In this document: in pieces, positions 8,435 through 16,794 of the stretch
How positions within the stretch are numbered: position 1 is the first letter of the stretch
How the letters are laid out: the number at the start of each line of letters is the position of its first letter
Source of the DNA: an uncultured Lachnospiraceae bacterium
GTDB lineage: Bacteria > Bacillota > Clostridia > Christensenellales > UBA1242
Length of the DNA: 64,000 nt
Assembly (NCBI GenBank): GCA_964631405.1
Contig: CAZVYB010000001.1
Span: 4,435 to 68,434 of the forward strand
Direction of reading: 5' to 3'
The notes under the pieces: model-generated
Database searches by the model: none
The model's input: only the letters and a program-made list of their open reading frames with translations
Told to the model about the DNA's origin: nothing
Position numbers and translations under genes: made by a program

Positions 8435-9499
8435 AAGTTCTATATCTTTGATGATTGAAATAATTTTCTCGCAAGCATTGAAATTCCCACTTTTTTCCAT
8501 GTTTTTTATAAAAATTTTGTCATTTTTCACTAAATTTTCAAGTTTTTCCATAAAAATGTCATTTGAAAATTCTTCCTCTTCCAAAATTTCTCCATAACCT
8601 AGGTTGTGATATAATTTAGCATTTTCAATTTGGTCGCCACGAGAGCAGGCTTTTGAAAGGGGGATTAAAAGCATGGGGATTTTAAGTGTGCGAAACTCGT
8701 TGATTGCACCAGACCCGGCACGGGAAATCACAACATCAGCCAAAGATAAAAAGTCGCCAATGTTGTCAGCATATTCCACTTGAACATAACGAGGCTTTTC
8801 CAGTTTTTGCGTTTTGCCCTTTCCTGTGATATGAATGACATTGTATTTTTCAAGCAATAAATCAATGTTTTGGGTCACCTTGTCATTGATAAATTTCGCC
8901 CCACTTGACCCGCCAACAACAAGAATTGTTTTTCTTTTTCCGTCAAGGCTGGCAGTGAAAGAAAGATTGTTTTTGTTTCCTTTCAATACAGCCTTTCTTA
9001 TAGGTTGACCTGTGTAAATACATTTGCCAGAGATGTGGGCGGTTTCTTCAAAAGCCACACACATTTTGTCGCAATATCTTAATATAATTTTGTTTGCAAG
9101 CCCCATTGAAAGGTCGCTTTCGTGACTGACAACTGGGATATTTAATTTTCGACCTGCGACCACAACAGGCAGAGCAACAAACCCGCCTTTGGAGAAAATT
9201 GCAACGGGGCTTATTTTTTGCAAAATCTTTTTTGCCTGTCTGACAGCCTTTAAAAATTTATATGGAATTAAAAGGTTCTTTGGGGTGAGTTTTCTCACTA
9301 ATTTTACGGCGTCAATTTGGTGAAAGGTGATGTCTTTTTCCTTTTCAATAATCTCCTTTTCCATTCCGCTTCCGCCAATAAAATGCACATCATATTCTTT
9401 TCCAAGATATTCTCTGAGTGCAAGGGCGGGATAAATATGCCCGGCAGTTCCACCGCCAGTCAAAACAATTTTCTTTTTGTTGTCAAGCAAATCTTTCAT
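8426..9499 (-). CDS. murG: Undecaprenyldiphospho-muramoylpentapeptide beta-N-acetylglucosaminyltransferase MurG
   Basis: GGGTAGHIYPALAL N-terminal motif; GT28 architecture; start at MKDLL (9499) with AGAGAGG RBS rather than 9526. Confidence 0.92.
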   Translation of the reverse strand: MKDLLDNKKKIVLTGGGTAGHIYPALALREYLGKEYDVHFIGGSGMEKEIIEKEKDITFHQIDAVKLVRKLTPKNLLIPYKFLKAVRQAKKILQKISPVAIFSKGGFVALPVVVAGRKLNIPVVSHESDLSMGLANKIILRYCDKMCVAFEETAHISGKCIYTGQPIRKAVLKGNKNNLSFTASLDGKRKTILVVGGSSGAKFINDKVTQNIDLLLEKYNVIHITGKGKTQKLEKPRYVQVEYADNIGDFLSLADVVISRAGSGAINEFRTLKIPMLLIPLSKACSRGDQIENAKLYHNLGYGEILEEEEFSNDIFMEKLENLVKNDKIFIKNMEKSGNFNACEKIISIIKDIELKK

Positions 9500-9679
9500 A
9501 AAACCTCTCTTGCTTATTATATGCAAATATATTTAATTTATATGAGGGGTTTTATTAGATTTTTGCTCCCGCTGTTGGGTGTTTATAAATATAAAGCATT
9601 ATGAATAAATATGCAAAATTGTCTATAATTATAAATTTTTAAATTTGGCAATAAATTGCTTGAAAATGGCGGAATTTAA

Positions 9680-9708
9680 TTGTTTAAATTGGCAAAATAT
9701 GATATAAT
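9680..9708 (+). promoter_or_regulatory. Sigma-A-type promoter for the topoisomerase operon
   Basis: TTGTTT, 17-nt spacer, TATAAT (9703-9708) with TGn extended -10. Confidence 0.5.
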
Positions 9709-9739
9709 GACAAAAACATAACTAAGACAAGGAGATTTC

Positions 9740-11692
9740 ATGGCTGGAAAGAATTATGACGCAAAAGATATAGTTGTTTTGGAAGGGCTTGATGCTGTTA
9801 GGCTTCGTCCGGGTATGTATATCGGCACGACGGGTTCAAAAGGTATGCACCATATTTTGTGGGAAATTGTCGACAACGCAATTGACGAAATTTCAAACGG
9901 ATTTGGCGATACAATCACAATCACCCTCAATAAGGACGGTTCGGCGACGGTTGAGGATAATGGAAGGGGCATTCCTGTTGACCAACACCCAACATTGCAC
10001 AAATCGGGCGTTGAAGTTGTTTATACAACCTTGCACGCTGGCGGGAAATTCAACACAGAAAACTATAAATTTTCGGGCGGACTTCACGGCGTAGGTGCGT
10101 CGGTGACAAACGCTCTTTCAAAATTTTGCAATGTCACCGTTTACAAAAATGGAAAGGAATATTTCATTGGTTTTCATTCTTATACTGATGAAAACGGAAA
10201 GACACATAGTGGTGTGCCTGTTGAGCCTCTCAAAATGGTGGGCAAGACGAATAAAAGCGGTACAAAAGTGACCTTCCTTCCTGACAGCGAAATGTTTGGG
10301 AACATCAAATTTAGTTTTGACACCATTTGCAATCGTGCAAGAGAACTTGCCTTTTTAAATAAGGGATTGAAAATCGTCCTTAAAGACGACATCAATGACA
10401 GGGAAGAGAATTTTCATTATGAAGGTGGTATAAGCGACTTTGCCGAATATTTGGTTGAGGGCAAAAGCAAACTCTTTTCAAAACCAATTTTCTTCCATGC
10501 AGAGGACAAAAACTTTGACCTTGAAGTGGCAATCATATATACAGACAGTTACACCGAAAATTGCTTTTCATTTGTAAACAACATTCCAACCATAGAGGGC
10601 GGGACTCATGAAACGGGCTTTAAAACGGCATATACAAAGGTGCTGAACGATTATGCCCGAAACAACAACTTTTTAAAGGAAAAAGAACCAAACTTTTTGG
10701 GCGAGGATTTTCGTGAAGGCATCACCATTGTTTTAAATGTCAAGATGAACAATGTTCAATTTGAGGGACAAACAAAGACAAAACTTGGCAATCCAGAGGC
10801 AAAAACGCTGGTTGAAAACCTGTCTATGCGAGAACTTGCTCTTGTTTTTGCCAATAAGAAAAACACAGCCATTGCCGAAATCATTATGGGCAAGGCGAAA
10901 GGTGCTGCCAAAGTGAGAGAGGCGGCAAAGAAGGCGAAGGAACTTACCCGTGCCAAAAACTCAGCAGAAAATTTCAACTTGGTGGGCAAACTTGCCGCTG
11001 CAACCAGCCGAAAGAGTGAAGAGTGTGAACTTTTTATTGTAGAGGGTGATTCTGCGGGTGGCTCGGCAAAACAGGGTAGAAATCGAAAATTTCAGGCAAT
11101 TTTGCCACTTCGAGGCAAACCTCTTAACGCAGAGAAAAAACGCATTGACCAAGTGCTTGCAAACGAGGAGATAAGGACAATCATTTCCGCCCTCAATACC
11201 GGCATTGGCGAGGATATTGACCTGTCGTCGCTGAGGTATCACAAAGTGATAATCCTAAGCGATGCCGACCAAGACGGTGCACACATCAGGGCGATTCTTT
11301 TGACATTCTTTTTCAGGTATATGCGAGAACTTATCAATGCCGGTCATGTTTATATAGGCCTTCCACCACTTTATAAAGTCTATAAAAAAGACTATGAAGA
11401 GTATGTTTATAGCGATGCAGAACTGCCAGACGCAATCGCAAGGGCGGGGCGGGGGTATAACCTTCAACGATATAAAGGTCTTGGTGAAATGAACCCTGAC
11501 CAATTGAAAGATACCACAATGGACCCTGCAAAACGCAACCTTATTCAGGTGACAATTGAGGACGCTACTGAGGCAGAACGCATGGTATCAACACTTATGG
11601 GTGACGATATTGATGCGAGAAAGAGATATATAAACGAACACGCAAACTTTGACCGTGAAGACTATTTTATGAAAAACTATAAAAGGGTGTAA
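9740..11692 (+). CDS. parE: DNA topoisomerase (ATP-hydrolysing) subunit B, GyrB/ParE family; ParE-like by partner and context
   Basis: GHKL ATPase and Toprim motifs VLEGLDAVRLRPGMYIG, EGDSAGGSAKQGR, ILSDADQDGAHI. Subtype is inferred from the ParC-like A subunit downstream and the absence of dnaA/dnaN/recF context. Confidence 0.85.
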   Translation: MAGKNYDAKDIVVLEGLDAVRLRPGMYIGTTGSKGMHHILWEIVDNAIDEISNGFGDTITITLNKDGSATVEDNGRGIPVDQHPTLHKSGVEVVYTTLHAGGKFNTENYKFSGGLHGVGASVTNALSKFCNVTVYKNGKEYFIGFHSYTDENGKTHSGVPVEPLKMVGKTNKSGTKVTFLPDSEMFGNIKFSFDTICNRARELAFLNKGLKIVLKDDINDREENFHYEGGISDFAEYLVEGKSKLFSKPIFFHAEDKNFDLEVAIIYTDSYTENCFSFVNNIPTIEGGTHETGFKTAYTKVLNDYARNNNFLKEKEPNFLGEDFREGITIVLNVKMNNVQFEGQTKTKLGNPEAKTLVENLSMRELALVFANKKNTAIAEIIMGKAKGAAKVREAAKKAKELTRAKNSAENFNLVGKLAAATSRKSEECELFIVEGDSAGGSAKQGRNRKFQAILPLRGKPLNAEKKRIDQVLANEEIRTIISALNTGIGEDIDLSSLRYHKVIILSDADQDGAHIRAILLTFFFRYMRELINAGHVYIGLPPLYKVYKKDYEEYVYSDAELPDAIARAGRGYNLQRYKGLGEMNPDQLKDTTMDPAKRNLIQVTIEDATEAERMVSTLMGDDIDARKRYINEHANFDREDYFMKNYKRV

Positions 11693-11745
11693 AGGGCGTC
11701 GCACCAAAATCGACCTGCACCCGATTTTGACGCTCCGCTTACAAC
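11693..11745 (+). repeat. 53-nt bulged-hairpin motif, copy A (starts 1 nt after parE stop)
   Basis: Outer stem GCGTC/GACGC, bulge GCACC, inner stem AAAATCG/CGATTTT, loop ACCTGCACC, tail CCGCTTACAAC. Aligns without gaps to 15959-16011. Confidence 0.6.
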
Positions 11746-11801
11746 TGAATTTTAAAGAAATTTAACGATAATAAGTGCATAACTGCACAATTGGAGAAGA
11801 T

Positions 11802-14306
11802 ATGAAGGAAAACAACTACGAGCAATCAAAGATGGACTATGGCGAAGAGGGAAGCCTAAGCGAAGAACTTGCGACCATTGAAGGCGAAACATCTCAAACA
11901 AAGGGCAAAGGTGGCGGACAGAAAGGGATTATATATAAGTCCATGAGCGAGGTGCTTCATGAATCTATGATTCCATATACCGAAAGCGTGGTGCTTGACC
12001 GTGCTCTGCCTCGTGTTGAGGACGGCCTTAAACCTGTGCAAAGAAGAATTTTGTTTTCAATGCTTGACCTATCGGTGACACCGGATAAACCTCACAGAAA
12101 AAGTGCGAGAATTGTGGGGGATTGCCTTGGTAAATATCACCCTCACGGCGACAGCTCGGTTTATGATGCAATGTGCCGTATGTCACAAGAATGGGTGCTG
12201 AGAGCCCCACTTGTCGACGGACATGGAAACTTTGGCTCTGTTGACGGCGACCCACCAGCGGCTATGCGATACACGGAGGCTCGCCTCACCCCACTTGCAA
12301 TGGAACTTATGCGTGACCTTGAAAAGGACACTGTGCGTTGGAGTTTGAACTTTGACGACACGCTGAAAGAACCAGAGATGTTCCCGGGAAGATTTCCAAA
12401 CCTGCTTATCAATGGTGCGTCAGGAATTGCGGTTGGCGTTGCGACAAATATCCCACCACACAACATTGGCGAAACTATTGATGGAGTTGTGGCTTACATC
12501 AACAATCCAAACCTTAAAATTGAAGAACTGACAAAAATAATCAAAGCCCCAGACTTTCCAACGGGGGGGATAATCATTTCCAAAGATGACGGACTTATGC
12601 AGGCATACAAAACTGGCAAAGGAAAGATTGTCATTCGTGCAAGAGTTGGCATTGAGAAGTCGGGGGATCGTACATCACTTGTGATAACAGAAATCCCATA
12701 TCAAGTGAACAAGGCACTTCTCCTCCAAAAAATTGCCGAAGCCAAGGAGGCAAACAAGGAAAAACTTGCTGGCATCACAGAAATTCGTGACGAGTCGGAT
12801 AGCCACGGCATGAGGGCTGTGATAAAACTGAAAAAAGACGCCAACCCTCAAAAAATTCTTGAATTTTTGTTTAAGTCAACAAACTTGCAAATTTCTTTTG
12901 GTATCAATATGGTTGCAATCGCAGATGGCAAACCAAAACTTTTAAATCTGCTTGAAATTGTGTCATATTATGCCCAATATCAGCGTGAAATCATTGTAAA
13001 ACGCACAAAATATGACCTCAATGAGGCAAAAGAGAGGGCTCATATTGTTGAAGGATTGTTGGTTGCAATCAAGAATATTGACGAGGTTATAAAGATAATC
13101 AAAAAATCTGCCTCTGTCAGCGAAGCCAAACAAAAATTGAAGGAAAAATTTGCCCTCAGTGACCGCCAAGTGCAGGCAATTATGGATATGAAACTGTCCC
13201 GCCTTGTGCATCTGGAAGTCAATAAACTTGAAGAGGAACTTAAAGAATTGAAGGCCAAAATCGCCGAATATGAGGCAATTCTTGCCTCTAAAAAGGCACA
13301 ATTTGATATCGTTAAGAAAGAACTTTTGGAAATCAAAAAGGGGTATAGTTCTCCAAGAAAGTCAAGCATCAATGGCGACGAAAATATCAAACTTATTGAC
13401 CTTGATAAAGAAGAGGAAGAGCCAACAAAGAACTTTATTTTCGCCATATCCGCTGGAAATACAGTGAAAAAGGTCACAACCAAAAACTATTCAATGTCAC
13501 AAAAGACAATTGGTGAAAACACTACAATCACCGATATACCAAAAGAAGTCCAAACAATTGTCTCAAACGAAAATGTACTGATTTTTACAAGTTATGGCAA
13601 TGTCATCAAACTCCCAGCCAAGGATATAAAAGAATGTAAGTGGCGTGATAAAGGACTTGCACTTCTTGCTCTTGACAAAAATGCAGGACTAAATGAAATG
13701 CCTGTCGCAATTATGAAAACCCCTGAAAAGGGAAGCGAAATCATTTTTATGACAAAACAGGGCATGACGAAAAAGAGCCTAGGCGAGGAACTTGTCCTTT
13801 CAAAATCATTCTATCAAGTTTGCAAACTTGGTGAGGGGGACGAGGTGCTTGCCGTGGAAGTTGCCAAGAAAGGGAAAAGCCTTCTTTTCCTTACAAAAGG
13901 CGGTATGTCACTGAATTTCGAGCAGGCAGAAGTGCCACTTCAGGGTAGAATTTCTGGGGGTGTAAAGGGCATCAATCTTGACGAGGGGGACGAGGTTGTT
14001 TTCGCGTCACAACTTGATTTCTCTCATGTGATTGTCGTCACTGAGAATGGATATATCAAAAAACTTTCAACCACCCAATTCCCACTTTCTCCAAGATATC
14101 GCAAGGGGCTTAAATATGTCAATTTCGCCAAAAACGCAAGGGCAGTCACCTATGCGTGCAGTGCAGAAGGAGAAACAACTCTTGCAGTTGACTTTGGTCT
14201 GAAAATCTTGCCACTTGACACCTCAAAAATCCCAGAAAGCGAAAGACTTACAAGCGGAAACGAGATTATCAAGAAAAACTTTTTTACAATCAATAAAATG
14301 ATTTAG
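11802..14306 (+). CDS. parC: DNA topoisomerase (ATP-hydrolysing) subunit A, ParC-like
   Basis: Active-site [21 protein letters not shown] (Gln as in ParC; GyrA usually has His). No GyrA-box (QRRGGKG-like) seen in the C-terminal domain. ATG 11802 with GGAGAAGA RBS preferred over GTG 11775. Confidence 0.8.
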   Translation: MKENNYEQSKMDYGEEGSLSEELATIEGETSQTKGKGGGQKGIIYKSMSEVLHESMIPYTESVVLDRALPRVEDGLKPVQRRILFSMLDLSVTPDKPHRKSARIVGDCLGKYHPHGDSSVYDAMCRMSQEWVLRAPLVDGHGNFGSVDGDPPAAMRYTEARLTPLAMELMRDLEKDTVRWSLNFDDTLKEPEMFPGRFPNLLINGASGIAVGVATNIPPHNIGETIDGVVAYINNPNLKIEELTKIIKAPDFPTGGIIISKDDGLMQAYKTGKGKIVIRARVGIEKSGDRTSLVITEIPYQVNKALLLQKIAEAKEANKEKLAGITEIRDESDSHGMRAVIKLKKDANPQKILEFLFKSTNLQISFGINMVAIADGKPKLLNLLEIVSYYAQYQREIIVKRTKYDLNEAKERAHIVEGLLVAIKNIDEVIKIIKKSASVSEAKQKLKEKFALSDRQVQAIMDMKLSRLVHLEVNKLEEELKELKAKIAEYEAILASKKAQFDIVKKELLEIKKGYSSPRKSSINGDENIKLIDLDKEEEEPTKNFIFAISAGNTVKKVTTKNYSMSQKTIGENTTITDIPKEVQTIVSNENVLIFTSYGNVIKLPAKDIKECKWRDKGLALLALDKNAGLNEMPVAIMKTPEKGSEIIFMTKQGMTKKSLGEELVLSKSFYQVCKLGEGDEVLAVEVAKKGKSLLFLTKGGMSLNFEQAEVPLQGRISGGVKGINLDEGDEVVFASQLDFSHVIVVTENGYIKKLSTTQFPLSPRYRKGLKYVNFAKNARAVTYACSAEGETTLAVDFGLKILPLDTSKIPESERLTSGNEIIKKNFFTINKMI

Positions 14307-14350
14307 ATTTGCGGAATTTTTCACAAAAATCAAATCAATATTTGAAAAAG

Positions 14351-14377
14351 ACTTGAAGAAAACTTCAAGTTTTTTTT
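14351..14377 (+). terminator. Rho-independent terminator after parC
   Basis: ACTTGAAG/CTTCAAGT 8-bp stem, loop AAAA, T7 run. Confidence 0.85.
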
Positions 14378-14516
14378 GCATTTTCTATACGGACAGGACA
14401 TATACATATCTCGAAATGCACCCAACCGACAAATTTCAACCGAAAACTCCCATTTTTGGCATTTTTCTTCTTTGCGAGGACAAAAGGGTGCTATATCATT
14501 AAAAGCGAGGTTTGTT

Positions 14517-15281
14517 ATGCCTATTTGTGCAATCAAAGCGAGAACAATCAAAATTATTGTGGCGGTGCTTATCATTGCTGTTTTGCTTATTGTGCCAATC
14601 GAGGGAAGTGCCTCGGCACAAGTATGGTTTGGCAAAACAGGACGCCTCGTGCCAATTTATGATGTGGCAACAGAGGAAAAGCAGGTGGCAATTTCCTTTG
14701 ATGCCGCATGGGGTGCGGACAAAACTGAAGAGATTTTGCAGGTGCTAAAAGAGTACAACGCAACCGCAACCTTCTTTCTTGTTGGCTTTTGGGTAGATAA
14801 ATATCCAGACATGGTGAAGAAAATTGATGAGGCGGGCATGGAGATTGGCACTCATTCAAACACTCACCCCGATATGGCAAAACTTGACGAGGACACGATA
14901 AGACAAGAACTTACGCTTTCTATGCAAAAAATCACCGATTTGATAAATAAGGACATCAAGGTTTTTCGCCCACCATATGGCTCATATAACAACACTTTGC
15001 TCAACACCTGCACAGACCTTGGACTTACCGCCATTCAATGGAATGTTGATAGCCTTGACTGGAAGGGGCTTTCAGCAGGTGAGGTGACAAACAGGGTGAT
15101 GCAAAAGACCAAAAACGGCTCGATAATTTTGATGCATAACAACGCCGACCATGTGATTGACTCAACAAGGCTGTCACTTGACTGGCTTACCAAAAGTGGG
15201 TATAAGGTGACAAGCGTGGGCGAACTTATCTATGACGGCGACTACTATATTGACGCAAACGGCACACAACACAAAAAATGA
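14517..15281 (+). CDS. Polysaccharide deacetylase (NodB homology domain), membrane-anchored
   Basis: N-terminal TM IKIIVAVLIIAVLLIV; motifs FDAAWG and THSNTHPDM, LMHNN; ATG 14517 with GCGAGG RBS preferred over 14376. Confidence 0.85.
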   Translation: MPICAIKARTIKIIVAVLIIAVLLIVPIEGSASAQVWFGKTGRLVPIYDVATEEKQVAISFDAAWGADKTEEILQVLKEYNATATFFLVGFWVDKYPDMVKKIDEAGMEIGTHSNTHPDMAKLDEDTIRQELTLSMQKITDLINKDIKVFRPPYGSYNNTLLNTCTDLGLTAIQWNVDSLDWKGLSAGEVTNRVMQKTKNGSIILMHNNADHVIDSTRLSLDWLTKSGYKVTSVGELIYDGDYYIDANGTQHKK

Positions 15282-15292
15282 AAGGAGAAAAT

Positions 15293-15958
15293 ATGAATAG
15301 TACAACGATAGTTGCAAAGCCCAATAATAGGGGGCAAATCAGCGGAATTATTTGCGAAAAACCAACCAAACAATTTGAGGTTGAAGGAGAAGGCTTTTAT
15401 GAGGGCTTCTTGTCTGTGGAACGCCTCTCTCAAACCAACGACATTTTGCCTTTTACCATTTCAGAAAAACTAATGAAGGCATATGATGTCAGCCTTGAAA
15501 GGGGAGAGAAAGTCAAATTCACAGGAGAACTTCGCTCCTATAATAAGGTGATTGAAGGAAAAAGCCGTTTGATTTTGTCCTTCTTTGTCAAAGAAGTTTC
15601 ACATATGCAAGAGGAGGCAGAAAACATTCTTTCACTTGTCGGCTTTATCTGCAAAACGCCTGTATACCGCACAACCCCATTCAATCGCCAAATTTGTGAT
15701 GTGCTTTTGGCTGTCAATCGCCCAAACTTCAATAAGTCTGATTATATCCCGTGCATAATGTGGGGAAGAAATGCAAAGTTTATTCAAAACCAACCAGTAG
15801 GCACAAAAGTCAACTTGACAGGCAGAATACAATCACGCAAATATCGAAAAGAGATTGCAGAAGGTCAGTTTGAAGAACGCACCGCCTATGAAGTGTCTTG
15901 TCAAAGCGTTGAAATCGCACAAAAAGAGGAGTCATCTTCCTCTCTTGACCTTGCATAA
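15293..15958 (+). CDS. SSB-like protein with two tandem OB folds
   Basis: Second half aligns by eye to bacterial SSB (LAVNRPN..DYIPCIMWGRNA..GTKVNLTGRIQSRKY). First half has the same pattern (LSVERLS..DILPF..GEKVKFTGELRSYN). No acidic DDDxPF tip. ATG 15293 follows AAAGGAGAA. Confidence 0.7.
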   Translation: MNSTTIVAKPNNRGQISGIICEKPTKQFEVEGEGFYEGFLSVERLSQTNDILPFTISEKLMKAYDVSLERGEKVKFTGELRSYNKVIEGKSRLILSFFVKEVSHMQEEAENILSLVGFICKTPVYRTTPFNRQICDVLLAVNRPNFNKSDYIPCIMWGRNAKFIQNQPVGTKVNLTGRIQSRKYRKEIAEGQFEERTAYEVSCQSVEIAQKEESSSSLDLA

Positions 15959-16011
15959 AACGCCTCGCACCTGCGTTGACCGTCGACCAACGCAGAGGCT
16001 CGGCTCACAAC
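15959..16011 (+). repeat. 53-nt bulged-hairpin motif, copy B (starts 1 nt after SSB-like stop)
   Basis: Outer stem GCCTC/GAGGC, bulge GCACC, inner stem TGCGTTG/CAACGCA, loop ACCGTCGAC, tail CGGCTCACAAC; 33/53 identical to copy A with compensatory stem changes. Confidence 0.6.
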
Positions 16012-16029
16012 CTATGCATTTAATTTAAT

Positions 16030-16195
16030 TAATAAAAAGCCCCTTCTGGGAGGGGCTGTCGGCATAGCCGACTGGGGGAGAATGCAACATTGTGAAGAGC
16101 CTTCCCTTGGGGGAAGGTGGCAAGGCTACAACAAAAAGTGCAAACGGCACTCGTCCAGTGTAAGGCTGCGGAAGTAGAACGCAAAAATAGTAAAC
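16030..16195. ncRNA. Candidate small structured RNA (family and strand unresolved)
   Basis: GC-rich island in an AT-rich gap between convergent genes. Four perfect local hairpins at 16039-56, 16058-72, 16100-17 and 16137-51. Terminator-like hairpins with U-runs are available at both ends. The minus-strand reading exposes C-rich tracts (CUCCCCCA, CCCAGA). Confidence 0.3.
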
Positions 16196-16226
16196 AAAAA
16201 GACTTGAATTTTTCAAGCCTTTTTTT
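16192..16226. terminator. Bidirectional terminator at 3' end of XRE gene
   Basis: CTTGAA/TTCAAG hairpin (16203-16217) flanked by A-run and T7 run. Confidence 0.7.
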
Positions 16227-16438
16227 CATTCTTCCAAACCCGCTAAATAGTCAAGGCTTACATTAAAATATTCTGCCAAAACAAGCAAGGCGTCAAGCGT
16301 TGGACTTCTTTTGCCCAATTCCCAAAAACCAATGGCAGAAGGGGAAACAAACCCCTTCAATTCTTTGGCAAGTTGTGCTTGACTTAAATTTTTCTCCATT
16401 CTTAATTCTTTTATTCGTTCAGGGAATTTATTTTTCAT
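16226..16438 (-). CDS. XRE-family HTH transcriptional regulator (70 aa)
   Basis: IKELRMEKNLSQAQLAKEL...SAIGFWELGKRSPTLDALLVLAEYFNVSLDYL is a classic Cro/C1-type HTH; start at MKNKF (16438). Confidence 0.9.
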   Translation of the reverse strand: MKNKFPERIKELRMEKNLSQAQLAKELKGFVSPSAIGFWELGKRSPTLDALLVLAEYFNVSLDYLAGLEE

Positions 16439-16464
16439 GAAAGTTCCTTTTTTAGGATTATAAA

Positions 16465-16510
16465 CAATAGTGGTTAAAACTCTTGACATAACCACTATTG
16501 TGGTTATATA
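16465..16510. promoter_or_regulatory. Divergent promoter/operator region with three GTGGTTA half-sites
   Basis: + strand TTGACA (16483-88), 16 nt, TATATA (16505-10). 20-bp palindrome ATAACCAC-TATT-GTGGTTAT (16488-16507) lies between -35 and -10. A 12-bp inverted repeat CAATAGTGGTTA (16465-76) / TAACCACTATTG (16489-16500) is also present. A minus-strand TATAAT sits at 16461-16456. Confidence 0.6.
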
Positions 16511-16529
16511 GTTTAAATGTGGAGAAAAG

Positions 16530-16737
16530 ATGGGGAATTATACGATAAAAGCAAAAAAGATTATAGAAGAATATTTAAAAAAATGAAATTTCAAAAAGCA
16601 GGTTTTGTCGTCTTTGCAAAATATCCGTTCGAGAGTTTAAGCATTTGTTTGATTATCGTCACTCAGTCAATAATGACACTTTTTATAAAATCGCACAAAC
16701 AATGAAGTTGAGGTTGAACAATTGTTTGTTGGTATAA
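16530..16737 (+). pseudogene. Small Cro-like HTH gene interrupted by a +1 frame change at an A7 run
   Basis: ATG 16530 (RBS GGAGAAAAG) gives MGNYTIKAKKIIEEYLKK then TGA at 16584. The next frame from 16585 reads EISKSRFCRLCKISVREFKHLFDYRHSVNNDTFYKIAQTMKLRLNNCLLV (HTH-like) to TAA 16735-37. The junction is AAAAAAA at 16577-83. Confidence 0.35.
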
Positions 16738-16794
16738 AAGAAGATTGTTTAGAAATGATTAAAAATTTGCAATTAGGATTAAAAGTTGATTTTT

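Noticed and set aside
9740-14306. Labelling the pair as DNA gyrase gyrB/gyrA
   Set aside because: The A subunit has the ParC-type KPVQRR motif and no GyrA box, and the locus lacks the dnaA-dnaN-recF context. I kept it as GyrB/ParE and ParC-like, with the subtype flagged as uncertain.
16030-16195. Possible SRP RNA (ffh is in the window), 6S RNA, tmRNA or RNase P RNA
   Set aside because: No helix-8 GGAA/AGCAGC SRP signature. The region forms a series of local hairpins, not the long rod with a central bubble expected for 6S or SRP. It is too short for tmRNA or RNase P, and no GAGGAAAGUCC motif is present.
16517-16705. 62-aa ORF MWRKDGELYDKSKK... from the track
   Set aside because: It has no RBS and an implausible sequence. 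The neighbouring frames instead encode an RBS-preceded peptide and an HTH domain, interpreted as a frameshifted gene.
16226-16737. Prophage or mobile-element remnant suggested by the XRE/Cro-like pair
   Set aside because: No integrase, recombinase, terminase, toxin, att-like direct repeats or tRNA gene lies in the flanks. The neighbours are housekeeping genes (SSB-like, groESL).
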